This document shows positions 39,153-50,398 of a DNA stretch of 64,000 bases, one piece after another. The stretch is taken from positions 21,328,001-21,392,000 of the forward strand of contig CM106586.1 in the NCBI GenBank assembly GCA_048013815.1. The letters run 5' to 3'. Source of the stretch: Setoptus koraiensis (taxonomy: Eukaryota > Animalia > Arthropoda). A model generated the notes under the pieces. It was not told where the DNA came from, made no database searches, and saw only the letters and a program-made list of their open reading frames with translations. How positions within the stretch are numbered: the first letter of the stretch is position 1; the number at the start of each line of letters is the position of its first letter. The position numbers and the translations under genes were made by a program.

Positions 39153-39971
39153 TCACATTATGAATATGAGCAGCAGTATAGGAATAGAGAACATGAAGGC
39201 AATGGTACCAACTATCTTAGTTCTATCAGCGGACTCTAGAAACTTCCTTAGCGCAAAATCGAGTCGCGATGTGTTTGGCATGGGTTGTGGGTTGTAGAAT
39301 TCTGTCTCTAGCATATCGAGCATCAATTGACTATCATTGGGGTTGACGTGAATGTTCATCGTTTGAGTGTGATTGTAATCACGTGATGATTGTGATTGGG
39401 TTGTGATTTTGTCAGCTTGTTGTTGCTGGTGGTGATGGTGGTTTTGTGTCGATGCTGTTGACGGCTGATTGGCATTTGTTGTGTTTGCAATGTCAAATTC
39501 AACAATGTCTGTGTCATTCGTGGTGAGCCTCTCATATTTGGCCGCACAATTATTATTTTGGGCAGACAACAACAACGAGGCAGCCGCTTGGGACGGATTG
39601 GAAAACGTTATACCGTGCTTACTAAATAGTTTTGTTTTTGTATCACCTTCTCCTAATTTTTCCATTAATTGCGTTATTTCCATGCGACTGTCGCGAATAA
39701 AGTCCCTGCAAGCGCTTATGTTTGTTGGGTCCGTCTTGTTGACGTCATATTCACTAATGTTGACTATTTCCTCTAGATCCTCGCAGTCCCACTTGACGGT
39801 GAGCAGTTTATTTTTGAATTGCTTGGCCAGCTGATCGATGTCCTTCTTGCTCAGATTGCGGGGGTTGTCGTTGAGGGCCGCCTGCCACTGTTCGCAGAGA
39901 GCGCTGGCGCTGGCCAGCGAGGCCTCCACCTCGCACTTGGCGCGCAGGTACTGCTCCTGGGGCGTCGACAT
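39153..39971 (-). CDS. Syntaxin-6-like protein (Syntaxin-6_N Habc domain + C-terminal TM) with degenerate SNARE motif; intronless
   Basis: [16 protein letters not shown]...[20 protein letters not shown] ~ Stx6 EVQKAVNTAQGLFQRW...[29 protein letters not shown] ~ SRLDNVMKK. The protein ends in a hydrophobic tail anchor. Confidence 0.8.
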   Translation of the reverse strand: [272 protein letters not shown]

Positions 39972-42900
39972 GTTTGCTGCGTCTTGATTTAATATTATAC
40001 TATTATTGTTGTTATTATTATTATTATTGACGTCTAGTAATTTGAAATAATTCGTTCTTGTTTCTCATGCCTGTAGTGCAAGTAGTCGAATCATTATGGG
40101 GATGTGTCATAGGTTAGGTGTGTAGTTCGAGATTATATCGGTAAGGATTTTTGTGTGTGTTCAGACTGATGATTTTTGCACGAATCGACAATAAATGATT
40201 CATAAATTCGCACTAATATGTGCAAACTTAAATTTTCCACATCCGGTGCCCGCTCTCTAGGCCAATAATGCGAATAGTCGGGGTCTTTTCATTTACTGTG
40301 GACTTTTGTGCAAACCACTGGCTGCAACACGAAAAAATCTGTACTGATATAATGCTCAACTGGACACCTAACCAAAAATATATCGTAATGATTCGACTAA
40401 TAGCACTAGAATCACGACAAACGAGAACGGATTATTTCAACTTACCACACGCTACTATTCTTGCTTAATGATCCAGGCGATTCGCTATTGAGTGACGATT
40501 GCAACTGGCTGACGATTGGCAGCTGGTTGATGCGTAATCGATGAGTAAGTGATGATAATTGGCTGATATCAGCGAGTCGCCGGAGCTGAGAATGACGCTG
40601 CTAGCAGCTATATGACGACAACTGGCGACAGTCTCAAGTGATTGATTGTTTGTGATGGAGGTGCCAACTGATAAAAAATGCCGAGATTGTGTGGAATGTT
40701 GGGTTACGGTGTGATTTCGCTTCCGGCTGGCTGTTGCTGTAGCTGGTGGATTGTGGGTCGGCCTTGGCGCTCTTCCAACTGGCTGTGTCTACTGGTGGCG
40801 GGAATGCATCTGTTTCGCTGTCCGCTTTGCACCAATGAATGACTGTATGATGTTATAAATAAATAATTGATTAATTATCGCACTGTGCGGCCATCTCTAA
40901 AATGAAATTGCTGCAAATGATTCTGTAAATGATACACTGCGTGCGGCGCCTATGAGTATTCTTTTCGTCTTGATGCGTGATAAATTCAATTCATACAATT
41001 CGATTTGTCTGGCTCGATGTTCTCCGATTGCCGCTGGGAATAATTGTTCGATCCGGTATAATAACTATCCAGCATACGAATAATTATTATATTCCTCGAT
41101 GAATGTGCTAGACGAATGTGTGATTTGGTGTTCGATAATCGAACAATCGCGTAAAATCGAATTTGAGGAATGTGAGAAACGGTAAGTAGCTGATGGAACG
41201 TTTGCTCGGCCGATACAAGCAAGCGAATTATTCCACTGTTCGTCTCATCTGTTTGCTCGTCCGTTCGTCTGTTTGTCTGTCCCTGTCGAATATTGTTGTG
41301 AGCGCCGCCGCCATTACACCGCTCGGCACACCAAACGCACACACTAGCCACACAGTGTGTGGCTTGCGAGCGCAGTCTGGCTTCGCCATTGCTCGCTTGT
41401 TTACTCTGGCCAACGGTGAATACTTGTGCTGCTGCTTCAGCAATGAATATCCATAATATCCATAATCGCTCATACAGCCACCACAGTGTGCAGTGTGCCC
41501 ACCGATCAGATATTCACCGATCAGATATTCACCGGTCGGATATTCACCCCTAGGCTGTTCACCCGACAACTATTCACACAGAGCAGCCAGCCAGAGAGGC
41601 GGCGCGCTTGCAAGCCGCGATTTGTTTTAATAGCAACACGCAACCTAATCGTCTGTCATTTTTGCCATCACTAGCCTGTGGGTGCGTGCGGCCATTACCA
41701 TCCAGTGGCTGTCTCGACGAAACAAACAAGTGTCCTGTGCCGCCGCCGCCGCCGTTTGTCTTGAGCAGCAAAGGGCTCGTCTCTCGACCCGATAAAAGCT
41801 TGGCAAAACTAGCTTGACAAAGCCTGTCTGACTAACTGATGTTGTTATTAATTGTTTGTGTGGGAGTGCAAGTGCACATTGATTGCGTTATCAGGCTTGT
41901 GAGTGTGTAGAAACAGGTGGTGGCGGTGGTAGTTGTTGTTGTACTACATAGTATTGCGTGAAATTTGCTACCACTACTACTACTAGTTTTTAGTTTTGAT
42001 AGCCAAGCTTTATAACACAATTATTTTTGTACCCATAACGACACGATTGTTTATGTTATCATAGTGTTAGTGCTGTCAATATATGCTGTTGCTAATAGCT
42101 TACCAGATTTGTGGTTATGAACTCCATATTGTTGAAAAATGGCCAAATATAATAGTAATTTTGTTGTTTTGCATCGGGCAAGTCATGGCGCGATCCGCTT
42201 CGTAGAGATGCGCTCGTGATGCACCTGTACTTATGGCTACACCGTCGACAGGCAGCATCATTCCATCGACACGAAGATCGCAATGGAGAGTTTCCATTGC
42301 GAGAGAGAGAGAGAGAGGGAGAGTGAGATGACAACAACAGATTGAAAAGACAAATTCTAGTGTCTTGTGCCCAAGATTAGCGCTTGCGAGCCAGATAAAG
42401 AAGCATTGTTGCCCCTGGCCAATGCCCGAGACACCAACACTCAAACGGACTTTGTAACTAACATGATGCTGTCGCTATCGGCTACCAATGTGTTGCGTAA
42501 AAATAGATTGCCACAACACCTCAAGAAACGCTCTTGTTTTACACTTAATACAGAACACACACGCACAGATCCAACCATTCTTATCTGTTAGCCATCATAC
42601 GATTGGTTTGGTTGTTGCCACCAGTGAGTAGTAATTTGTGTTCACCCACTTGTCCTTAATTGATTTGCGACACACACAACATCATATCAGTTTATCCGTG
42701 TCATCATGCTCTACATACAAATACAGTACGCAGTGAGTGAGAGTCGCCTAGATCAATTAACGTCATCAATACGATGGTAAGTTGCCATCTCGCTAGGAAA
42801 CCGATAAATCACACATAGTACTAATAGTGTACCCAGTGTATGGTCGATTGCCCGTAGAAACAAGGCTTTCTATCTGCAATAGGACTGCTTGTCAGCAAGC

Positions 42901-44799
42901 ACAACAACAACGCACAATGGTCGCTATGTGACGATTATACAAACAACGATAACAACAACAAAGCCCGTCAGTCATTTGTCTAGACCAACGCCACAGTGTT
43001 GCTGTGACATATGGTCGATTCATACTCACAATGATGTAAATTTTCTATTTTGATCAATCAACGATCTTTGATTGGACACACACATTTATATATGAAAATA
43101 TGTTCTTATTCATTATTATTGCTGAATAATTAGAAACATTTTTTGTTGTTCAAAGCGCTCCAGTGCTGTTCTTCTGTCCGATCTTTCTGCCCAACACTAG
43201 CACCATCTAGCACTACAAGCGGCAAGTCTTCATTGAACAGCTAACGGTTGACATACGATCTAGGCGATTCATCTAAACTCCTGCTGCTGGTAAGACTATC
43301 TAGAAACACTTAATATTGTACAAGTTTAGAGCCGATAAGTACGGAATGCTGTGCGATGAGTGGTGGTTATCACGGGCACAATTTGTTTCAATCACTTGTG
43401 GCAAGCTTCAGGAATCGGACTAGTTGAACCATTACAACAGTGCGATCTATACGACATGCTCACACAAGTAGTTTCACTACAAAAAGCTCAATCTCGTTTG
43501 ATCATTCATCTGTGTGCCTATCCAGCATTTTCACTATTCGCTCCAGACAGATCTAGATATCCAGCAAGCTAGGGATCATGTGTGCACACCAATGTTGGCC
43601 AATCTACTAGCCTAATATTAGTGCTCTGTTATATATATATATATATATTTATATATATTTATAATAGTGAGTGTGTGCGTGTGTGTGTGCGATAATAATA
43701 TTTCTTCTAGAAGCCTTTCTGTCCAAGTGTTTTACCACTACTGCCAGTGCGATTGCCACTACTTGTAAACTTTGCTTGTGAATGTGGTACTGATATCGCA
43801 CTTAAATTGTATCAGAATTGTTAAAATATATAGGGTACTAATTAGTGTTTAGGCTGTTATCTCATAGATTTGTTTGTATGTGTAAATGAGCACACACAAA
43901 GTCATTGCATAGTCTAGCTGCTAGACTCTAGCAACACTATTTACATATGGACGACGACACACATACACAAAACAAAAAAATAAAGCTAGACAGCACATAA
44001 TAAAATGATTCTAACTATTGCCTCTAGAATGCGGGAAATATCCCCCAATTTACATATGACACTACCCTAAATCGAGATATATGAGAAGATTGCACATGAG
44101 TGATCCGTGTTGGGTTGGTTTTCTCAAGCTAGCTGCTCTCTAGTTGAAGTGCTCAATTGTTCTATGGTTATTGTTGTTCAACAAGCTGAGCCGAATAAAT
44201 CCTCGCAGTAACATTGTTCTATCTGACGACAGTGACAACAACAACGGCGATGACTTTTGTTTGAACAGTACCTTTCTTGTCAATATCATCACCATCATCG
44301 TTTCATTAGACGTGCGAGTTTTAGACTGTGTATGTGTTTAGACTACTCAAATAAAATAGTATTTTAGCATATTTTGATTTCATTTAAATACACTTAAATC
44401 AACAATAAGTATCTGTTAGAGAAAACGTACAAGAAATTATTTGAAACATTTCTTATTTTCAGACAATTACTTGATGTCAAACAAGCGCACGGGACATAGG
44501 TAACCTTGCTTTGATATTATATAAATTTGTTGCACTTATAACGTAACTCTGTTATCCATACTATACTGGTACACATTCCATATCGACGACAAATCCAAAA
44601 TCATATCAATAATAAAGAAAACTGCCCTCCATTTAGACTAGCTAGAACATTTGCAAATTTCCAAACAAAAGCAAACGAATGCAATTCGTATAGTAATATT
44701 AAACAAAATACAACAAACGATAGCTAAACCACATAGACAGAGATATACTTTTGAAAACAAAAAGCAAACGCGAGAAATAGCAAGCGAAAATAATCATTT

Positions 44800-46437
44800 A
44801 TGAATAATTTCAAAGAACATAATAAGTTTATGACGCACAATCCAATGTTGTCTATGCGGGATAACATTGGCTCTTGTGGTGGATCGCAGTCGCCTTTGCT
44901 AAGCGACGATGAAAAGGAAGATTGCGACTTCTACGAAGGCACTGAGAAACTGCTAGAGATTTGGTTCTCTAGATCGGACGGTCTTACCGAGGGATGTGAC
45001 CTCAGAAAGATACAACGTTCCGATTGGTAAGTCAGCAAACAATACTTGTTGATGGCGACACAACGAACGTTACTATGTTATTATATTTAGAAGATACACA
45101 AACAATTAATTAACTATTCAACTTAACTCCAGGGAAACTTTGCTGGGTTTTGCAAGATGCCAAATAATCAGCATGCGAAGAACTGACTCTGTCGACGCCT
45201 ATGTTCTTAGCGAAAGCTCCATGTTTGTCTCCAGAGATAGATTCATTATCAAGACTTGCGGTCAGACCACTCTGCTAAGGTGCATAGAACCGTTGTTGTA
45301 CCTCGTCAAAGAGATAGCCGGATTCGATGAGATTCTGGTAAGTACTACTGATGCTTTGATTGAATATTTCTTTCCGCTAAAATATTTAGAACGATCAACT
45401 GAACTCTTATCTCTTCTGCTAAACAACTGGTAGGATGTCTTTTATTCGAGGAAGAACTTTATGCGACCCGAACTCCAAGACAAGTCGCATTCAACTTTTG
45501 ATCATGAGATCCAAACACTGGATTCTCTATTTGAAGGTAACCTAATTGAACCCATTGCTGCCAACAACTATCTTGCGCCACATCACTTATCTGACAACTA
45601 TTTCTTTTTTCGTCTTTCTCTGAACCAGTCGGGTCGGCTTATTGTATGGGCAGACTGAACCGCGACTGTTGGTACTTGTACACTCTGCATCCCGAAAGAG
45701 GTGTCACTGTGCCAGACCAAACATTGGAGTTGATTATGGGCGACTTGGACGAAAAAGTCATGTCCATATTCACGCAAGCCATTAGCTCGTCGGCAAGAGA
45801 GGCAACGCAAAAATCGGGCATAGACAAGATATTTGCCGGCATGCAAATAGACGACTTCTTGTTTACCCCTTGCGGATACTCAATGAATGGGATCACTCGC
45901 AGCGTAAGTAGTGACTGACAGAATTATCATTCTCGTTAGTTTATTCGATCACCATTATAAGACACTGACTTCTGATATTGTGTTGTTCCTCACTGATATC
46001 GACACACGCAGGGGCATTATATCACTATTCATATCACTCCGGAGGTTGACTTTTCGTATGTGTCATTCGAGACAGATGCTCCCATGGCTTCGTACACAGA
46101 GCTCATCCAAAAAGTTTTGCGAATGTTTTTGCCAGGCAAATTTGTTCTGACAGTCTTCGCTAATGAGGTGAGTGAATCCTTTAGTCAGAAGTATTACTCA
46201 AAATTAACATGTTTACGCGCGATGTCTTTTAGATTTGTCAGGTCGTATAATAATCATTATTGTTGCATTCTTTTTTCAACAATTGTAATCTCTTCTATGC
46301 AGGCCTCGATGGCTTTCAACAACATTCACGAGTACAAGTCCACCTCGTTTAGTGGATATCGTCGCGAGGAGTTGCAGTTCAGCAAATTCAAGAACTATGA
46401 GCTCACCTATGGAAACTTCGCTCGTGAACCAAGCTGA
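44800..46437 (+). CDS. SamDC: S-adenosylmethionine decarboxylase proenzyme; 6 exons, ~366 aa
   Basis: Exons 44800-45026, 45133-45337, 45434-45536, 45629-45903, 46012-46167, 46303-46437 (1101 nt). Motifs FYEGTEKLLEIWF, pyruvoyl cleavage site YVLSE|SSMFV, KTCGQTTLL, FTPCGYSMNG, TIHITPEVDFSYVSFET. Confidence 0.96.
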
Positions 46438-46774
46438 CAAATCTTTCTGTACGACGGCTCCTATTATCGTAACTCTTGGGGAGATCCGGGCGGCAAAGAG
46501 CGAATCAGTTAAATCGAGTTGCGTACTATCTATGCTGAAATTGTACCCAACTAAGTGTGATTCAATATTCTTATATTAGATAGTTAATTTTAGTCCAGTA
46601 GAATGTATTCTACATACAAACATTAGTAGATGTATTTGATCAAATGATTCATATACCATAGCGAAAATAAAACAATGTTTGCTACATCCTAGTACATATT
46701 GTTGGTATGACAAGGGGGCAACCTCGGTGCATGGTGTTCCAAAACTTTTTTTTCTCATTCACATCGTGTAGAGA

Positions 46775-47233
46775 GGGTCTGGATCGCAATCTCGAAATGC
46801 GAAATCTCGACAAAATTTTATTCAAACAACGCCTCTGTAATCGCATCTCGTGACACACAAGATGTGACTAGCAGATGATACTTGTGACTATTTTCTAACA
46901 ATTGGTGTAGATATGTCAATGGTAGGATACTCCCTCTGGGCCAGAAGATATCAATATACGAATGACAGTTGCATTGAGAATGACTGGGCAGGGTCATTCA
47001 GGAGAAATGAAATTCTGTCTCATGAATTTAGATAAACCGATTGCAAGATCCACCTCGGAAATATATAACAAGCTCATAGAACAGTCGACTTCCCAACACT
47101 TTATGTCAGAAGCATCCAAAAGAGAGGTCAGATTGAGTGAAGATAGATATGAGGTTGCAGTATCGGGCGATGGAATCCACAGAAAAAGAGGCTTTATATC
47201 CAATCAGGGCGTATCTACAATTGTTGGAATCGA
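46775..47233 (+). mobile_element. Truncated Mutator-like DNA transposon (left end + internal transposase fragment)
   Basis: Begins GGGTCTGGATCG. Translation INIRMTVALRMTGQGHSGEMKFC...AVSGDGIHRKRGFISNQGVSTIVGIE matches the DG-x-W-x-KRG-x-x-S-x-x-G type Mutator-like transposase family (PF20700-like, from memory). Bases 46775-46956 are repeated at 61067-61271. Confidence 0.7.
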
Positions 47234-47235
47234 GC

Positions 47236-47598
47236 CTGAGCGGATCCCGGGGGTGGGACAAATTTTTCGGGGTGTGGCCGGGCCTGTGCGGTTGCGGTCA
47301 GCGGACCCATTCTGTGCCTCGTGCTCGCTGCACTCTGTATTCACGTCTGTTTCAGTCATTTAATCTCTTCTTTCTCATTCTTTGTTGGGTGGTTCGTTCA
47401 CTCTTCCCGCCTGCAGCTGTGTTTGGATTGCAGTCATGTGAGCGGAGGGTAGAGGGCGCAGCCCGATACCCGAAGCGCTCATCAACCCTACCCGAAGGGT
47501 TCCCGTCGCACGCAGTCGTCGCGGGAGCGACGACGGAGATGTGACGGCCTCCAGAATACGAGGCCGCAGGCCGAGTTCTTAGAACAATTGCAGGCTCA
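47236..47598. mobile_element. GC-rich insertion, possible solo-LTR-like element
   Basis: Begins where transposase homology stops. Termini TGAGC...GCTCA; ATTAAA on the minus strand; several perfect hairpins. No TSD found. Confidence 0.3.
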
Positions 47599-47669
47599 TC
47601 CCTGGGTGTAGCGAAGCCTGAATTCGGCAACTTCTGGTCTCTCAATTCTAGAGATATCGCTATAACTAG

Positions 47670-47960
47670 AGAACCGGAAGTGGTGCAGTGCTGAAAGTTA
47701 TGTCATTCTGTTGATCGTCATCTAAAACGTCATTCTCGTGAGTTTCAACTCTCTACAAGCAACTTTAGGTAAAACCGGAACCGGAAGTTTCCGCACTTCC
47801 GGACCACTTTTCCTGATGGTTTTGGGTCAAGATGAACCTGTACCGGAAGTTTCATCATGATCGGCGCTGGGACCTAATCGCTACAACAACCGTCAAATTT
47901 GTGAGAGGTTCGGTGGTGACAAATCGAAATTTGAAAATTGAAAATTTGAATTCCTAATGA
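47670..47960. repeat. Repeat fragment with recurring ACCGGAAGT motifs (non-autonomous DNA/Helitron-type element-like)
   Basis: accggaagt recurs three times, plus an inverted copy acttccgg, followed by gtttcatcatgatcggc. The family assignment is a guess. Confidence 0.3.
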
Positions 47961-48464
47961 TAGTCTCATCTGCTCGTTCGATGTTCGATGGTCAGAGTTC
48001 GATGGTCAGAGTTCGATGGTCAGTGTTCGACTCCCATAGTTATTGGGCACCATGGTAAACCAAGATGTTTCCCAAGATTGTGCAAAACAGTTGATTGAAG
48101 TCAACTACCTGTCGATTACAATTGGAATACCGATGCTTGGATGACACGCGAGATTTATAATGAGATAATTGACAGACTTCACAAACTCTTGGTATCACAC
48201 CAGGAGCACATAAGTTTGATCGCTGACAACTTTTCTGGTCACGAGATGAACCAAACTTTGTATCCTCGAATACACTTTGTTTTCTCGCCACCCAATACAA
48301 TATCGAGAGTGCAGCCCCTTGACCAGGGAGTGATGAGTGCATTCAAGAGAAACTACACAACAATTGTTATGGTTACATTTATAGATACTGTATGGATAAC
48401 AAAACCATGATAGGCGTTGAAGAAAGTTTCAGTTCATTCGATTCTTTGAAATGGGTTTGTCGAG

Positions 48465-50398
48465 GGGTCTGGGTCGTTTCATCAACGTACATTTCATAGA
48501 AAGTACACTTCATCGAAGTACATTTCATATGCAGTATATTTCATAGACAGTCTGAATCATCTAACGTACACTTCATAGAATAATTCACGCGCTACATATT
48601 CTTGTTGATTATTGATATATCTTTTGGACTCTTCATTGATTGAGTTTGTCGCGCGCTGGATTGATACAAGCTAGTACTCTCTATTCTCTACCAGTCATTG
48701 TTGTTTGTGATTCGGATCGATTAACACAATTTTGATTCAAGAGAATAGATAATTAAGAATGACTTCTTCAGAAGATTCTAATGATGAGAATGTCTATTGT
48801 AGGATGAGCAAGACAAGTAAGAATAAACCTTTTGCTTGCGATGGTGGTTATACTTACATATGCGATGGAAACCCGGCGAGCACTAATAGATTTTATTGGA
48901 AGTGCAGTTTAAGTCACAAACCTCAGAATTGTCGAGCTCGAATGATTACTGAGAGAGTTCGTGCTGAGCCACCCAAACATAAAATTATTAGAGGTTGCAC
49001 CAGCAAGGATCATAATCATCCTCCTTCGCCAACAACCAGAGCTAGAAAGGATGCTCTTGCAAATCTCAGAGCGAGAGCCGGAAGTACTAGAGATAGACCT
49101 GCTAACATAATCCAAGAGACCCAAAGAGATCTCAATGTTGATGCTGCAATAAGTCTACCATCTCAAGATGCTTTACGTCGTCAAATTAAGCGAGCTAGAC
49201 GCGTTGGTCTCATAAGAGAGCCACAATCTCTAGATGAGATTGATTTACCAGACAGACTGAAACAAACATCAACTGGTGAAACATTTTTGATAGCTGACGA
49301 CTCGTCAGATGCTGGCCGAATCATGATATTTGCTTCTCAAAGCTCAATAATTAGATTGTGCAGAACCGAAATGATAGTAATGGACGGCACTTTCAAATCG
49401 TGCCCGACTATCTTCAGGCAAATATATACTATTCACGGTATGGTTGGTATGAACGAGAACAGAAAAATCGTTCCTTTGGTATTAACGCTTATGTCGCACA
49501 AGCGCGAAGCTCTGTATCGAAGAATGTTCGATCTTATTGCCAACTACTGTGCAGAATTGGATCTGCTACTTGCTCCAAGATTTGTTTTGACAGATTTCGA
49601 AACTGCTATTATCAACGCAGTGCGAACCGAGTTGCCAACATCATCTCACAAAGGACGTTTGTTCCATCTAGGTCAAATTGTTTGGAGGAATCTGCAATCG
49701 CGAGGTTTGCAGAGAATATATGGTGATGGTGAGAGTGATTTCTCAATGAATATACGCCAACTATGGGCTCTGGCATTTATTCCACCGGAAGAGATTCCGA
49801 ATGCATTTCGCGACTTGGAGGCGCGTTTTGATCCAAGAGCTGCATCTCTGGTAAGTTGGTTCAAAAAGTTTTATGTTGTTGGTAGAAGTGTCGGCAGAGG
49901 CAGACGCCCGCCGCAATTTCCACCAAGTATGTGGTCGGTCACTGAGCTCATGGATAGAAATCTTCCAAGAACTCAGAATAACTTGGAAGCATGGCACCGT
50001 CGCTTTGGATCGCTGTCCGGTGATAAGCATCTGGGTGTGATGAGATGCATTGAATTATTCATCGACGAGGCTCATTCGACCTCAGTATTAATCGAGAGAT
50101 TAGAGGCAGGGCAATTAATGCCGATAAACAGTGCGCTATCGCGTCGCGAGAATAGTATCAAGTCAGTTTATGGGGACCGAACCAACCGAACAACTCTTGA
50201 TTATCTCCGAAGTTTAGCTCATAATTTAAAATTCACTGTTATAGTTAGAGACGATTCAGATGAGTTAGAAGATGATGTAGACGAAGAATAATATCGCATA
50301 TCTATGAACGAAACAAATAAAAAAGGTCTATTCTATGAAGTGTACGATGATGAAACATACTTTCTATGAAATGTACGTTGATGAAACGACCGTATCCC
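48465..50398 (+). mobile_element. Full-length MULE (Mutator-like, FLYWCH type) DNA transposon, 1934 bp, with TIRs and 9-bp TSD
   Basis: TSD TTTGTCGAG at 48456-48464 and 50399-50407. TIRs GGG(TCTG/ATAC)GGTCGTTTCATCAACGTACATTTCATAGAAAGTA; left ~48465-48582, right ~50329-50398, both with internal GTACAYTTCATAGAA repeats. Confidence 0.95.
48759..50291 (+). CDS. MULE transposase, FLYWCH zinc finger + DDE domain, 510 aa
   Basis: FYWKC...CRARM...HNHPP (FLYWCH); MDGTF (D1), VLTDFE (D2), RLFHLGQ (CxxH position), TQNNLEAWH (E). The ORF is uninterrupted. Confidence 0.93.
   Translation: MTSSEDSNDENVYCRMSKTSKNKPFACDGGYTYICDGNPASTNRFYWKCSLSHKPQNCRARMITERVRAEPPKHKIIRGCTSKDHNHPPSPTTRARKDALANLRARAGSTRDRPANIIQETQRDLNVDAAISLPSQDALRRQIKRARRVGLIREPQSLDEIDLPDRLKQTSTGETFLIADDSSDAGRIMIFASQSSIIRLCRTEMIVMDGTFKSCPTIFRQIYTIHGMVGMNENRKIVPLVLTLMSHKREALYRRMFDLIANYCAELDLLLAPRFVLTDFETAIINAVRTELPTSSHKGRLFHLGQIVWRNLQSRGLQRIYGDGESDFSMNIRQLWALAFIPPEEIPNAFRDLEARFDPRAASLVSWFKKFYVVGRSVGRGRRPPQFPPSMWSVTELMDRNLPRTQNNLEAWHRRFGSLSGDKHLGVMRCIELFIDEAHSTSVLIERLEAGQLMPINSALSRRENSIKSVYGDRTNRTTLDYLRSLAHNLKFTVIVRDDSDELEDDVDEE

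Noticed and set aside
15041-46437. SamDC and ENOPH1-like as a polyamine/methionine-salvage gene cluster
   Set aside because: 28 kb apart with six unrelated genes between them, and the ENOPH1-like copy appears non-catalytic; coincidence is sufficient.
47222-47586. Alternative LTR boundaries TGTT...AACA
   Set aside because: The left TGTTGG is still part of the transposase-homologous codons (IVGIE), and the flanks do not form a TSD.
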